From Heterodontus francisci (taxonomy: Eukaryota): a DNA stretch of 64,000 nt. The stretch's first letter is position 1. Every line of letters begins with the position of its first letter. The stretch lies in NCBI RefSeq assembly GCF_036365525.1, contig NC_090373.1, forward strand, positions 104,633,570 to 104,697,569, given 5' to 3'. The notes under the pieces were generated by a model, which saw only the letters and a list, made by a program, of their open reading frames with translations, searched no databases and was not told the origin of the DNA. Positions 1 through 13,279 of the stretch are shown one piece after another. Position numbers and translations under genes: made by a program.

Positions 1-515
1 TACTACAATGTCTGCATCATCCCTCTCCTTTGTGAAGACAGAGAAAAAAAACTCATTAAGAACCCTGCCCACATCTTCTGCATCCAAGTATAAGTTCCCT
101 TGTACATCTCTGATAGGCCCTACCCTTTCCTTAGTTATCCTTTTGCTCTTAATGTACTGATAAAACATCTTTGGGTTTTCCTTGATTTTTACCTGCCAAT
201 AATTTTTCATGTCCTCTCTTTGCTTTTCTAACTTCCTTTTTTAATTCTTTCTATACTCCTCTAGACTTTCTAAAGTATTAAGTTTTTTTGTGATCGTCAT
301 AAGCTTTCTTTTTCTGCTTTAACTTACCCTGTAAGCTTCTAGATAACCAGGGGGCTCTAGATTTGGACGTACCACCCTTTATCTTTGTGGGGACTTGCCT
401 ACACTGTGCCTGTAGAATCTCGCTTTTGAATGTTTCCCACTGGTTTGCCACTGATTTTCCTGCAAGTAGCTGTATCCAGTCCACTTTCGCCAGATCACCT
501 CTCAGCTTCGTAAAA
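1..515 (-). mobile_element. CR1 (HER1-like) LINE ORF2 fragment
   Basis: Minus ORF DWIQLLAGKSVANQWETFKSEIL...APWLSR, typical of the CR1 EN-RT tether. Confidence 0.8.
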
Positions 516-1309
516 TATTATATCATTATTTGTATTTTACCCTCCACTGTATTTATAAAATATTATGATTCTGAAGACATGTGTATTAACACATCAACCA
601 ACAAATGCATACTAACACGGACTGTAATGTTGCAGCATTGACTATTTAATGCATGGCACATTCATCTGAAATTTCTTTCCCACTTTTTAAGTGAAGGAGT
701 TTATACATTTGAAATGTACAAGCCATTCTCCCGTAATATTGCATGATGGAAGCCAAGACCAAGTGTAGTCTTCAAGTGAAGTGGTTAATCAGGGCAGAAA
801 ATAATTGGATCAGGGCACACAGATGTAATTCTGTCTCCATTTCAAAGTCATACATTGTTATTTTGTAATTTTGTTACAAATTCCTATGTCCATATGCCAC
901 TACAGCACCTCCACGAGTAGAAGGATGTAATTACAGTGTGACAAGTTTACACGGGCGATTTCCATTACAAATGTGGATATAAGGATTTACAATGGACAGA
1001 GCACGTGCAGGTACAAGATTTTAATATACTACAGATAGAGGGAGAGAGGAAGTTTCAACTGAATACATCTGAATATTGGTATATTCTACATTAGTATATT
1101 TGTATCCCTAGCATAATTTCAAAGCCATAATAAACCCACACACCATAGCCTACAATTTATTGTTGGTGATGTTAGCGGATTAACGTTAAAGGCTGTAGTA
1201 TAATTTTTTCTGTCCACAATTTTAGTGAAAGTGTTAGCCTATTTAAAGTAATCAGATTAATGCCAGCACTGAACTAACAAACAGAAGAACATTGTATGAA
1301 TTAGCATAG

Positions 1310-2140
1310 AATCATAGAATGATACAGTGCAGAAGGAAAAGAGTTGGCCTATAATGCCTGTGCCAGCACATTGAAAGCAATTTAGTCCCACTCCTCCGTT
1401 CTTTCCCTAAAACTCTGCAGATTTTTCCTTTTAAGTATGTATCCAATTCCCTTTCTAAAACTATTATTGAAACTGCTTCAACCACCCTTTGAGGCACTGC
1501 ATGCCAGATCATAACAACTCACTGAGTAAAAATGCTTTTCCTCTTGTCGCCTTTGGTTCTTTTGCAATTACCCTAAAATCTGTGTCCATTGCTTACCAAC
1601 ATTTCTAACAATGGAAACAGTTTTTCCTTGCTGATTTTATTGAAAAACTTCATGATTTTGAACAACATGACCAAATCTCTCTTTACCTTTTCTGCTCTAA
1701 GAAGAAATACCCCAATTTCTCTAGTATAAAATAAAAACAGAAAATGCTGGAAATACTCAGCTTCTCTCTGCAGATGCTGCCTGACCTGTGGAGTATTTCC
1801 AGCACTTTCTGTTTTTATTTCAGAATTCCAGCATCTGCAGTATTTTGGTTTTATCCCAGTTTCTCCAGTCTCTTCATGTAACTGTAGTCTTTCATTCCTA
1901 ATACATTCCCAGTAAATTTCATCTCACCCTCTCTAAGGCCTAGACATCCTTCCTATAAGTATAGCATCCACAATTGAACACAATATTTCTAACCAGTGTT
2001 TGATAAAGGTTTAGCATAACTTCCTTGCTTTTGTACATTGTGCCTCTATTTATAAAGCCAAGAATCCCATACACCTTTTGAACAGCCTTCTCAACTTGTC
2101 CTGCCACCTTCAAAGACTTGTGTATGTACACCCCCAGGTC
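1310..2140 (-). mobile_element. CR1 LINE 3' fragment with a nested Penelope-type remnant (~1728-1855)
   Basis: HKSLKVAGQVEKAVQKVYGILGFINRG...KSKEVMLNLYQTLVR; (catagaat) tail repeat at 1306-1320. Confidence 0.8.
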
Positions 2141-2409
2141 TTAAGCAACCATCTAATATCTCCACCAGTGTGCTAGCAATACCTAATATGCACTGTAAGA
2201 AATTACTATCACACATTAACATATATGAGTACTCACAGGTGCAAACATAAGCACATTGACAAGCACGTGATCAAACAATTCCATATGTACCTGTATTAAC
2301 AAAACTCTTCACAATGAGAAACCTGTTTGCAGGATTACACACTAACATCCCTTCACAAATCCAATACCAAAATTACGCATGCAGACACACACTAGATTGT
2401 AAACTTAAA

Positions 2410-2770
2410 ATAGGTTTTTTTTAATTCACAGGATTTGTTGGTAATATTTGTATTGCAGATCCCTAGTTGCCCTGATAGCAGTTTGCCAAAGCTGAGTTGC
2501 TCGCTGGATTACTTCAGAGGGCAGTTCAGAGTTAAACACATGGGTGTGGAACTGTAGTCACATATCTGGGTAAGACTGGAAGGTTTCCTTTCCTAAAGGA
2601 CATGAGTGAATCAGTTGGGTTTTTACAAGAAATCAACAATATCATAGCCACTTTTACTGATTTCAACATTTTATTTCCAGTTTTTCTTAAAAACTGAATT
2701 TAAGTTCTCAAACTGCCCTGGTGGGATTTGAACTATGAATTATTAGTCCAACAACATAACCACTGTACAC
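2410..2770 (-). mobile_element. Old, diverged copy of the tRNA-head SINE family seen at 18791 and 34624
   Basis: Diverged matches to head (gggatttgaac), body (ttcctttcctaaaggacat; ttcagagggcagtt) and LINE-derived tail (tccctagttgccctga). Confidence 0.6.
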
Positions 2771-4023
2771 AGTATATAAATAATTATTTTCTCTGTATTG
2801 TCATGCACATTATGATCATTTAACACACACGCTAGTTTGCGGACAATAGTACTCAAGTGAAGCATAACCACATTGCTTCAAACTCTTATCCCAGTTGGTG
2901 CATACTACCACCTACTGTTCATGTATAGATCCTACAATACTCTGTGACCTACACATATATAAAAATAATGTTAGTGCAAACATGCTAAATTCTCCTGATT
3001 CTACATCAAATTAGACATTTATAAAAGTTATCAATAGCATTTATTGTATATTTGTTTCTTAACCATAGTTTGCTACTTTTATAACTGAAGAATGTTTCCC
3101 AAATGTATATCTGATCCAAGAGAATTTGAATGAATTAGTTTGATGATAAATGTAATGTTTGGATTAAGATTTCTGTGGATTACTAATAATAAAAAACTGT
3201 TAATGAACTTATAATGTTAGTATCTGAACCCACAAAATAATTCACGGTTGCTATTGAATGTACATTAACCACGTTATCAACAGAAATATCATCTTTTATA
3301 ATACATTGCTCATCTCTGACAGGTGATTGATGTGCTGGAATGACAGTATTCAGTGTGTTCAGCAATTAAATCATTGGATCATGATTACATATTAAAACAC
3401 TATGGCTAGATTATGAGCTGTATAAAAGATAGTGAGTGACCCTTTGGAGGGCTCGGGCTGCCACACAAAAAATATTCTAAAGGGGTCGCCCATTTAAGAC
3501 AGAGATGAGGGGAATTTTTTTCTCTCAGAGGGTTGTGAGACTTTGGAACTCTTTCCTCAAAAGGTAGTGGAAGCAGAGTCTTGAAATATTTTTAGTGATC
3601 TGGCTAGCTGGTTTGACCATATCCATTTGTGTATTCGGCCATCTTAGCAGTCAACCTGCAATGTGAGCTCCCCCACCTTCAACGTCTGGTGATCAAATGT
3701 CCATTGTGGGTTGAATGTGTCAGGGGATGGTTGCTTTGGCCTTCCAAACACTGTCAATATGCAAATGCCTTTTCCAGTCATGGTTGATCTGTTTAACAAG
3801 TTCCTTCTTCACTCCAGTAACAGTTTAAAATCAATGTTCATGACAAAATTAATGTGCCTCATTCTTGGCAGGTGGGGACCTAGCATGACAGTTAGACAAT
3901 GGAACAGAACAATGCCCCACCTCTTATATATACTTCCAGCTGATTCAGATGAGAGGTCACTGCATCCATTACAAAGATGAACCAAATTACACTCCGTTTC
4001 CCAACTAAAATTGTTCCCTTTAC

Positions 4024-4821
4024 AGGTTATCCAGGCTTGGGTTGATAAGTGGCAAGTAATATTCATGCCACACAAGTGCCAGGCAATGATCATCTTCAAC
4101 AAGAGAGAATCTAACCAGATCCCCTTGACATTCAATGGCATTACAATCACTGACTCGCCCACTATCAACATCCTGGGGATTACCATTGACTAGAAACTGA
4201 ACTGGAGTAGCCATACAAGAGTAGGTCAGAGGCTAGGAATCTGCGGTGAGTAACTCACCTCCTGACTCCCCAAAGCCTGTCCACCATCTACAGGACACAA
4301 GTCAGGAGTGTGATGGAATACTTTCCACTTGCCAAGATGGCTGCAGCTTCAACAACACTCAAGAAACTCGACACCATTCAGGACAAAGCAGCCCACTTGA
4401 ATGGCACCCCATCCACAGACATTCACTTCCTCCATCACCGATGCACAGTGGCAGCAGTGTGTACCATCTACACGATGCACTGTAGTGACTCACCAAGGCT
4501 CCTTTAACAGCACCTTCCAAACTCACGACCTCTACCAACTAGAAGGACAAGGGCAGCAGATACATGGAAACATCACCACCTGCAAGTTCCCCTCCAAGTC
4601 ACACACCATCCTGACTTGGAACTATATCGCCATTCCTTCATTGTCGCTGGGTCAAAATCCTGGAACTCCCTTCCTAACAGCACAGTGGGTGTACCTACAC
4701 CAGATGGACTGCAGCGGTTCAAGAAAGCAGCTCACCACCACCTTCTCAAGGGCAGTTAGGGATGGGCAATAAATGCTGGCATAGCCAGTGAAGCCCACAT
4801 CCCATGAATGAATAAAAAAAA
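4024..4821 (+). mobile_element. 5'-truncated copy of the CR1-group LINE (same family as 15348-18730)
   Basis: IQAWVDKWQVIFMPHKCQAM...EYFPLA...LKKLDTIQDKAA; tail caagggcagttagggatgggcaataaatgctggc...atgaatgaataaaaaaaa. Confidence 0.9.
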
Positions 4822-4885
4822 GGTGCAAACCGGGCAATGAATAGACCAAAATTACCCCCTCCGGATGCTATCCAACATAAACAAT

Positions 4886-5558
4886 GGGGATCATTTTAAC
4901 CCCTACAATGGGCGGGAGATGTGTGGGGTGTTGGTTGAAATTTCAAAAATCTGAAATCCGTCCCCAAACCATCTTCAACGCAACAACTTTCAATTTTGAC
5001 GGAGGAGCATTGGAGGTCTTGAGAGGCGATCCATTATTAAAATATGTTAATGAGGCTGCCTGCCTCTAATTTTAATAGTCTTAAACAAGCGGCAGCTGAA
5101 GGGAAGCAATAAGAGCCAGATCCATCAGGTCTCCCTGCCCTCAGGTAAACCACGTTCCGATCACTCCCCACTGATCTTCCTTCCAACTTCTGTGCTGCAA
5201 TCTCCTCGCTGACCAGTGATCTCCCCTCAGCCTGTAATCTCCCACTTGCCTGCAATCTCCCTCCCAGACCCACAATTTCCCCCGACACCAGCAATCTCCC
5301 CCTTCCCATTGTCTTGTAGTTGGTCCAAAATTCGGTGAAATTGCAAAAATTCAGACACCTGAATTTTACTGAAAAATGTGGCAATTCCCATGTTAAGTTA
5401 TGATGGTAGATTTTCGTCATCACTGCCTGGGTGGTGTGCTGACAGAGCAGATCGCCCATTTCCATTCTTTTGTGGAATGAAAATCAGATGGATTCCATAT
5501 GGGCAGGTGACCTGCTTTGCTAGATCACCGCCCAGAAAATGAAGTTGAAAATCTGCCC
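4886..5558. mobile_element. Possible old PIF/Harbinger-type non-autonomous element(s)
   Basis: aat|GGGGATCATTTT ... AAAATCTGCCC|aat termini with a 3-bp AAT duplication; could be two adjacent elements. Confidence 0.4.
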
Positions 5559-5939
5559 AATGTCTCTGCCTAGGGAACATTAGTAGCAGAGTCAACTCCA
5601 CTCTGTGAACATCTGATAATCAAAATGCTATCATTCATTCAAAATTCCAAATCATTTTATATTTAAACACCTCTTGTTTTCTTGTGCTCCTCTGATGTTG
5701 TACAGTGTTGCTCTAGTACTATTTTACTAGTGCTGGTGGCCCTCTGGTAAGTCACCTAGATAGTCATGCTTCATGTGTGTCCTTAAACCAAGAGTGCCAA
5801 AGCTTTTGTCATATACGTGTGTATCATGCCTCTGAGCCACATGTTATAAGGTAGATTTTGTTTTCACTGCCTGGATAGTAAACAGGCAGAGTGGATCCTC
5901 TGTTCTTTATAGAACCTCTTTTTTATTCAATCATGGGAT

Positions 5940-7185
5940 TGTTACAACTGACGGCTCAAGTCAAAGCCCCCATTCAAATATACGATTCTGATCGTGGTGG
6001 GAGAAATGCACTGTTGATTCAGTCCAGTCCTTCCACAGATCACCTAACATATCATTTTTAAACTTTCCAAATTAAAGAAAAACCCAGCCAAATTGTACCA
6101 TCTGTTAACCCCCAAATTAGGCAAACTAAACCAGGTGTCTTTAGATCAACAAATTAACTGTTTAATTAGAAAAACTAAATTCTTAAACACTACTAGATAT
6201 AAACAACATTTAAAATAGAAAAATTAGTGTCTTTGCATAATTACACTCCTGTCGAAGTGAAATCTTCCAATGTAGGATAGTCCAAGGTTGCTTGAATTCC
6301 TCACAGCCTTCCGATGGGGGGAGAAAAGGTTCTTCAACAGTAGAACAGTCTGTAGTCTAATTCAGCAGTTGAATTGATGCTCTTCTTTTCCAGCGATGAA
6401 TTTCAACAATTAGGTTCAGTAGTTAAAAGAATTGGTTATTGTCTTTTAAGAAATTAATCTGGTTTGACATCAGAATTCTGAGAGTATAATAAATAGGGTT
6501 TAAATAAACCAAGAGAGAGCTCTCTTTTCCTTCAGTATATGCTGGCTGACAGTCTGTGTCTGTCTCTGTTAACTGTGTTTCAAAATCCTGTTTTACAACT
6601 AGTTTCAATTGTCAATCGGCAACAATGTAGATTAGATTAGATTAGATTAGAGATACAGCACTGAAACAGGCCCTTCGGCCCACCGAGTCTGTGCCGAACA
6701 TCAACCACCCATTTATACCAATCCTACACTAATCCCATATTCCTACCAAACATCCCCACCTGTCCCTATATTTCCCTACCACCTACCTATACTAGTGACA
6801 ATTTATAATGCCACCGAGTCTGTGCCGAACATCAACCACCCATTTATACCAATCCTACACTAATCCCATATTCCTACCAAACATCCCCACCTGTCCCTAT
6901 ATTTCCCTACCACCTACCTATACTAGTGACAATTTATAATGGCCAATTTACCTATCAACCTGCAAGTCTATCTCTCGATCCTCAATCTCTGAGTGGCTGT
7001 ATCCCAGGGCAATGAGAATGCACTCTTTGAATCATAGTCTCTGAGTGGCTGAATGATGGGGCAATGAGAATGCATTCTTTGACTCAGTCTCTAGAGCTTG
7101 TTGCCTTAAAGCAGTACTGCTCCTTTTCCAGCCTTATAGGCACACTGCATTCTTCTTGGAAAAAAAAAAATACAGGATCATAACA
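5940..7185 (-). mobile_element. Solo LTR (Gypsy-like) inserted into a LINE tail
   Basis: TGTTA...TAACA inverted termini; 4-bp TSD GGAT (5936-5939 and 7186-7189); the interrupted LINE tail rejoins across it; strand inferred from poly(A)-signal placement. Confidence 0.85.
6629..6968 (-). mobile_element. HE1-type SINE 3' fragment nested in the LTR, with an internal 131-bp tandem duplication
   Basis: (attag)n tail then gatacagcactgaaacaggcccttcggcccaccgagtctgtgccg, as at 23776 and 49480-49531. Confidence 0.85.
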
Positions 7186-7405
7186 GGATGTGGGTGTTGC
7201 TGGCAAGGCCAGCATTTATCGCCCATCCTTAATTGCTCTTGTGAAGGTGGTGATGAGCTGCCTTCTTGAACCACTGCAGTCCACGTGGTGCAGGTACGCC
7301 CACAGTACTGTAAGGGAGGGAGTTCCAGCATTTTGACGCAGAAACAGTGAAGGAACGGCAATATAATTCCAAGTCAGGATGGTGTGTGACATGGAAGGGA
7401 ATCTG
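7186..7405 (-). mobile_element. CR1-group LINE 3' end (continues at 5919-5939)
   Basis: gtgggtgttgctggcaaggccagcatttatcgcccatcc...caagtcaggatggtgtgtgac. Confidence 0.85.
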
Positions 7406-8474
7406 CTAAACAAATGGCATGAAAATGGGATGGTTTCTATAAAGGATGAGTAGCAACCGAAAATGTACCTCACAAAGTTTAAATCCATGTTTCTATTAAT
7501 TGTTATGTATTTTAAGTTGCTGATGCTAATAAATTCTTATGTTCTGATTTTATCAACCAATAAGTTACAACACTAAGAACAATTCTTTCCAAAACTCCTG
7601 GCCCAGAAAATTCAAATGGATCATATCAGTGAATTTTTTTTATTCGTTCATGGGATGTGGGCATTGCTGGCTAGGCCAGCATTTATTTCCCATCCGTAAT
7701 TGCCCTTGAGAAGCTGCCTTCTTGAATTGCTGCAGTCCTTGGTATAATTTTCAGATTATACACTGGTGATGTGGGGAATCTCCCCAACTGCCAGTGCAGA
7801 TTGGTAATAGCAGGCAAATTGCAGGATTTACTGTCCATTTGAATGGAAGATTGCAGGCAATATGCCCACAAATATCCAATATGCATTGGCAGTTGGTAAG
7901 ACTGTCTATTGCTCAGCAGTTTATACGTCTAAAGGAGTAGCAGGGGAAGAGAGTAATTCTATGAACATCTCTGAACTTTCTGTTAGTGGACCACTGCCAT
8001 TTATGGGCAAAGGTGGCGCAAAGGTATTATTTTATTCCATAACAAGCAGTGATTTGAGTCAGATTTTTGCTGAGTCACTTCAAGCGTTTGGCCTATTTGA
8101 TCTTTCAGTAATTCTTCAATTATCTCCGAAAAGAAAACAAATTGTAACATGAAAAGCCTGAAATGCTTGAACTTCCTGTTAGAGACAGCATCCTGCTATG
8201 GAAATACATATTTAATGAGGAAACAATTTTCTAATGCCTACAACCCTGTTGAATGGCTGCAGATATGGGCTTTCAACAGCTATTAAAATTTTGTATTAGG
8301 ATATGGGATACATGTAGCCATTCTGTTGTCCCACCAGGGACAAAGTAATTATTGACAACAGGACCAATATCATCAAGGTGGCCTTTGAGGAAAGGGAATT
8401 ATGAATAAAAGAACTATTTTGCATACTCTCTCATAGTAGTTGTACATAACTTTCTCAGCAATAATAAACAATCA

Positions 8475-8968
8475 GCTGTGATGGAATACTTCCCACTTGC
8501 CTGGATGGGTGCAGCTCCAACAACACTCAAGAAGTTCGACACCATCCAGAACAAAGCAGCCCATTTGATTGATACCCCATTCAGCACCTTCAACTTCACT
8601 CCCACCACCACTGGTGCACAGTTGCAGCAGTGTGTATCATATACAGGATGCACTACAGCAACACGCCAAGGCTTCTTGGGCAGTATTTCCCAAACCCACA
8701 ACCTCTACAAGGATAAGGGTAGCAGGAGCATAGGAACACCACCAGTTGCAAGTTCCCCTCCATGTCACACACCATCCTGACTATGAAAAATATTGCCATT
8801 CCTTCACTATTACTGGGTTAAAATCCTAGAACTCCCTACCTAACAGCACTGCGGAACTATCTTCTGCAGCTGTTCAAGAAGGCTGCTCACCATCACCTCC
8901 TCAAGGGCAATTAGGGATGGGCAATAAATGCTAGCACAGCCAGCATCCCACATCCCTTGAACAAAAAA
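8475..8968 (+). mobile_element. CR1-group LINE 3' fragment
   Basis: MEYFPLAWMGAAPTTLKKFDTIQNKAAHLI plus the family tail. Confidence 0.85.
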
Positions 8969-9085
8969 CAAGTCAGTTTTGCAGAAAAAATGTGTCCACC
9001 CAGTTTCTGTTATAGACCTTTGTCCATTGAACTGATAATTTCATAATTGACTGTGAATCTCACATCTGTAAACCATAGAAACAAT

Positions 9086-11903
9086 GGGCTGGATTTTACC
9101 GAACCAGTCGACATCCCGCACTGGGATCATTTGTGGGTTGGGTAGGTGGTGGGACTTCATTGGCCATCTTCTGATATGTAGCCAATTAGAGTGGAGCTGA
9201 CGGAGGAGCTGGCCAATAACAGGTGGCAGGTGGGAGCTAGTGCCAGCAGGTAGTCCTCAGCGAAGCGGCAGATACTGGAGCAGCAATGTGAAATGTCTGA
9301 GGTCAGTGACTAGGAGGCATAGATTTAAAGGGATTAGTAGAAATGTTTAGAGGGGAGATAAGGAAAAACTTTTTCACCCAGAGGGTGGTGGGCGTCTGGA
9401 ACTCACTGCCCGAAAGGGTAATAGAGGCAGAAACCTTCAACTCTTTTAAAAGGTGTCTGGATATGCACCTCAACTACTGTAACCTGCAGGGTTACGGACC
9501 AAATGCTGGAAGGTGGGTTTAGGCTGGGTGGCTCATTTTTCGGACGGCTTAGACACGATAGGCCAAGTGGCCTCTTTCTGTGCTGCAAACGTTATTTGAT
9601 TCCATGATTCTATCTGTCAGAGTTCCCAGAGGCCGTTTGCACAGTCAATGGAGGAGTCCATCAATACCATGAATGGCACCATTCACTGGTGTATGAGTGC
9701 ATGGCCTTCTCCATTGAGAGAGTGCTGACACTCATGGAGAGCCACATGGAGCAGAACACTGAATGGATGCAGGAGGTGCACATTGGCCTCCACAGTATGG
9801 CTTCGTCATAGAACAGTGCTGAGTGCTCAGTAGGCATTATGACTTAGAAACACATGGACCCGTTGCCAGCAGTTGTCCCACTTCAGGTAAGCAGGGGAGT
9901 GCAGGTGGACCTTGAAAGGGTCAAGGAGCATATGCCTGAAGGCTCTGGGGACTCTGCTCAAGGCGCTTCTTGCATTTACGACGGAGCCTCAGCCTCTTTG
10001 GCAGTGATGCAAATGCTGCATGCAGCCTTCTACCAGCCCCCTCTGCCACCCGTCGCCATACTCTGTGACCCCCTGCCTCTGACCCCAACTCAGGGGGCCA
10101 CACAAAATCCCGGCTGGTGAGTCACCGGGCATAAGTGGGCTGCAGCCAGGCGGGGGGAAAGGACTGTTTGTGTGTCAGTACCCCGGAGGGCAAGGTTACA
10201 GATGAGCTCTGCTACAGGGCCTCAGATAAGGACATCGATGGGCAGCATATAGGAGAATGCTGTTGAGCAGGCAAACCACGAGGCTTGATGCATTGACATG
10301 CCTTCCAGGCAGCATCCTGTCACTGTCAAGGAGCATGGAAGAGTCCGCCTCCAATGTGGCAGAGGGCTTTGTGCAGAGGCTGGAGCCCATCCTTTCCATC
10401 ATGGAAGTGGTGGGTAACTCTATGACAGCACTTTTGGACCCAGCCGTGATGTAATGTCTGGTGGCTGCTGTCTCAGCTTCCATTGCAGCACAGGCTGAAG
10501 CCACCCAACGTCTCAGTGGAAGCTCAGACGGAGGTCATGAGATCCATGCTTATACCATGCAGCTCAGACTACTGCCATCATGACTGCAGATACTAGTGCT
10601 CCAAAGGGCATGTAGCCTCACACAGCAGTCCAGCAACCTGTCCTCCAACAGATCACTAGGATTGCAGAGGCCCCACACAGGGGGAGTGACAGTAGCACCG
10701 CGAAGCACAAACCTGCTGCCCACTCTCAGGATGACAGCATCCATGCTCCCATACTGCCATTCTTCCATCAGCAGTCTCTACCCAGTGAGTCAGCAGCCTT
10801 CGACCAGCCATGCTGCAGCCACTGGGGTAGCACTGCATAGGAGCTATAGACCAGGCAAAGACAACTGCAAGGCCACTAAGGGAATGCATAAAGGTGAATA
10901 ATTCAGTTTAGTATGTGTCATTGTAAGTGTTGTTGGATAAAGTTATTATGGAATGGTTTTTGCTGGTATCTTTTATTTCAGGATTTTAGCCAAGCAGTTG
11001 CTATAGAGTCCATAGCAGGGAGATGAAAATATGGAGAATTGTGGAGCAATGTTGATCTGGGGAAGAGATTTCTGGGGAACCAGATTCTGATTAGCTCATC
11101 TGGAGGGAAGGGATCCTGGTTGCCTCCTCTCTTCCTCCTCTTCCTCCTGAGCTGCCCTCCATAGACCTGGTGGTAAGGGCTGTGACTTCATGACAGTGAG
11201 ATTACAGAGGATGCAACAGATCATTAGGAACATCGATACACACTTTGGTGAATACTGGAGGCCTTCCCCCGTGCAGTCCAGGTAGTGGTGTTTCAGAATG
11301 TTAATAATTTGCTCCACGACATTTCTGGAGGTAGCATGGCTCTCATTGTAGGTGTCCACTAATGGTCAGGTGGTATATGGGAGTCATGAGCTAAGTGTAG
11401 AGCGAGTAGCCATTGTCACCAAGCAACTGGCCTCTGGTTCGTTGTGGTGGCCTGAAGATGGCAGGTATGGCTGACTGGCACAAGATGAATGCTGCCAGGA
11501 TTAGCTGGCATTCACCGACAGGATATTCCATGCATGATCGCACACCAACTGCACGCTAATGGAGTGGTAGCCCTTGCGATTGTGGTAGATCTCCCCATTA
11601 ATATTTGGGGTCCATAGAGCCATGTATATGCAGTCGATGGCACCCTACACCATTGGGAATCCCACTAGCCTGGCAAAGCAACATGCTTGCACCTCCTGCT
11701 TCTTTTTGGTAAGAGAGTCTATGAAGTCCCCTCTCCTGGCATACAGAGACTCTGTTCTCTCCCTGATGCAGCAATACATGGCGAAGTGTGATACGTTGGC
11801 AATATTACCAGCTCCCACCTGGAAGCAGTCCGGCTGACATTTTTGTAATTACGGGCTTCCACTGCGCCAGCACAAGAATCGCTACAGGGCTGAAAAATTC
11901 AGC
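9086..11903 (-). mobile_element. Degenerate PIF/Harbinger transposon; HARBI1-like transposase pseudogene at ~11096-11830 (-); CR1 tail nested at ~9318-9612
   Basis: GFPMV*GAIDCIYMAL...YHNRKGYHSISVQLVCDH and YNESHATSRNVVEQIINILK...LQYSPKCVSMFLMICCILCNL (DDE_Tnp_4 type); GGGCTGGATTTT at 9086 and AAAATTCAGC at 11894-11903; ends less certain than the transposase. Confidence 0.75.
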
Positions 11904-12378
11904 TTTCTTTAAGTGTCCCAGGTGAAAATCTCTGTGCTCTTTTGGTGCTGTCAGCAGTATTCAGTCAATTCAACTTTCTCTGAGAATTTCAGAAATCGGT
12001 TAATTTTGATTCAAAATTTTGATCCTTAAAATCCATTCAGGTCTTCCAACATCACTGGGGGATTTTTCCCCCCGATATTATAGCTGTAGGAATCACAATG
12101 TGTCTTCGTTTTTTCAGAGGACATCTTGGATTTTTGCAAGTGCTGTCAGTTTATCACATGAAAAGAAAAAGATCAAAACCCATCTGTGTACCGACATCAG
12201 AACATCGGAATCAGAATGTGATTTTCGCATAAGTGCAAAATATTTTACACTAAACTGTTCCCTAACCAACAATTGAATAACTAAGGCTCAGGATTTCAAA
12301 ACGCTAGATGAAACAGATTAATCTATTAAATGATTTAGAATAAAACAAAAAAATTTGCTATGATAGTTTACACATTTA

Positions 12379-13279
12379 AGGCTGAATTTTATCAGTGTCC
12401 CTCACATCGCGGCAGCGCACTCTGATGTCTGCGGTGTGCCCGCGCCCATCGGCCGCTGCGGAGCCCCCACGATATTACGTGCGGTGGCTCATTTAAATGG
12501 AGGGGATGCAGCAGCTGCCCCCGATGATGTAGAGGGGCCGCCTGCACCGTCCCCGGCAACAGCGTCTGGCGCCATTGTGCCAGAGCCATTTTTAAAGGGC
12601 TTCAAGCCCTGAGAAGACATTTGAATTTTTAAAGCGACAGTGTTTTGCATTGGCGTTAAAAAATTAAATGAACACTGGTGGCCCTTTTCCACAACCACCA
12701 ATGTTTTGTTAATTGGCCCATATACCGAACATCAACTTTATTTCCACCCTGAACTTTCCACCCCAAGCTCATCACATTTGCCCTTCAACCCCTTCCCAAA
12801 ATCCTCACAGCCAATAAAAAACGTTTTCCCCACTTCACCCCCCCACCACCACCCCCCCCCCCCCCCCCACCCACCTTGATAATTTCAGTCCTCCCTTCTC
12901 CCCACCAGTGTCTCGCCTCGGAACTCCGTTCAGAGTTCCAAAGGTGTGTGAGTTGCAGCTGGCACCTGTAATATCAGAGTGGGACAGCCACCCGGACCAG
13001 GTAGGTTTACTTGCATCTTGTTTTAATTAATTTTAATAGTTAAATGAAGGCCCCACCACCAAGCAGCAGTTGGGGGGGGAGGTGTGGTTGGGTGGGGTGG
13101 GGTGGTGGCGTGTGGTGGGGTGGGGGGGTGAAGGGGGGGCCGAACTGAGGTCTTGCCACCGCCGGCAAAATGCGGCGGGGCATTCTCGGTGTCGGGGGTC
13201 GAGGCAGGCCTCTCCCGGCAGAATTATACGGGCCCCCCGCCACGACACCCGACATCAAGGGGCTGTTAAAATTCAGCCC
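12379..13279. mobile_element. PIF/Harbinger-type MITE, 901 bp
   Basis: tta|AGGCTGAATTTT ... AAAATTCAGCCC|tta: 12-bp TIR (one mismatch) and 3-bp TTA TSD; GC- and CpG-rich; internal poly-C and poly-G tracts. Confidence 0.85.

Noticed and set aside
6680-6941. CRISPR-like array
   Set aside because: Eukaryotic sequence; a simple two-unit duplication with no spacers.
11096-11830. Host HARBI1 gene
   Set aside because: Multiple stops and frameshifts within TIR-like ends indicate a transposon fossil.
12830-13140. Pro/His-rich and Gly-rich ORFs and G-quadruplex-like tracts
   Set aside because: Low-complexity C and G runs inside a MITE; no evidence of coding or specific function. Same for 14128-14240 and 53770-53798.
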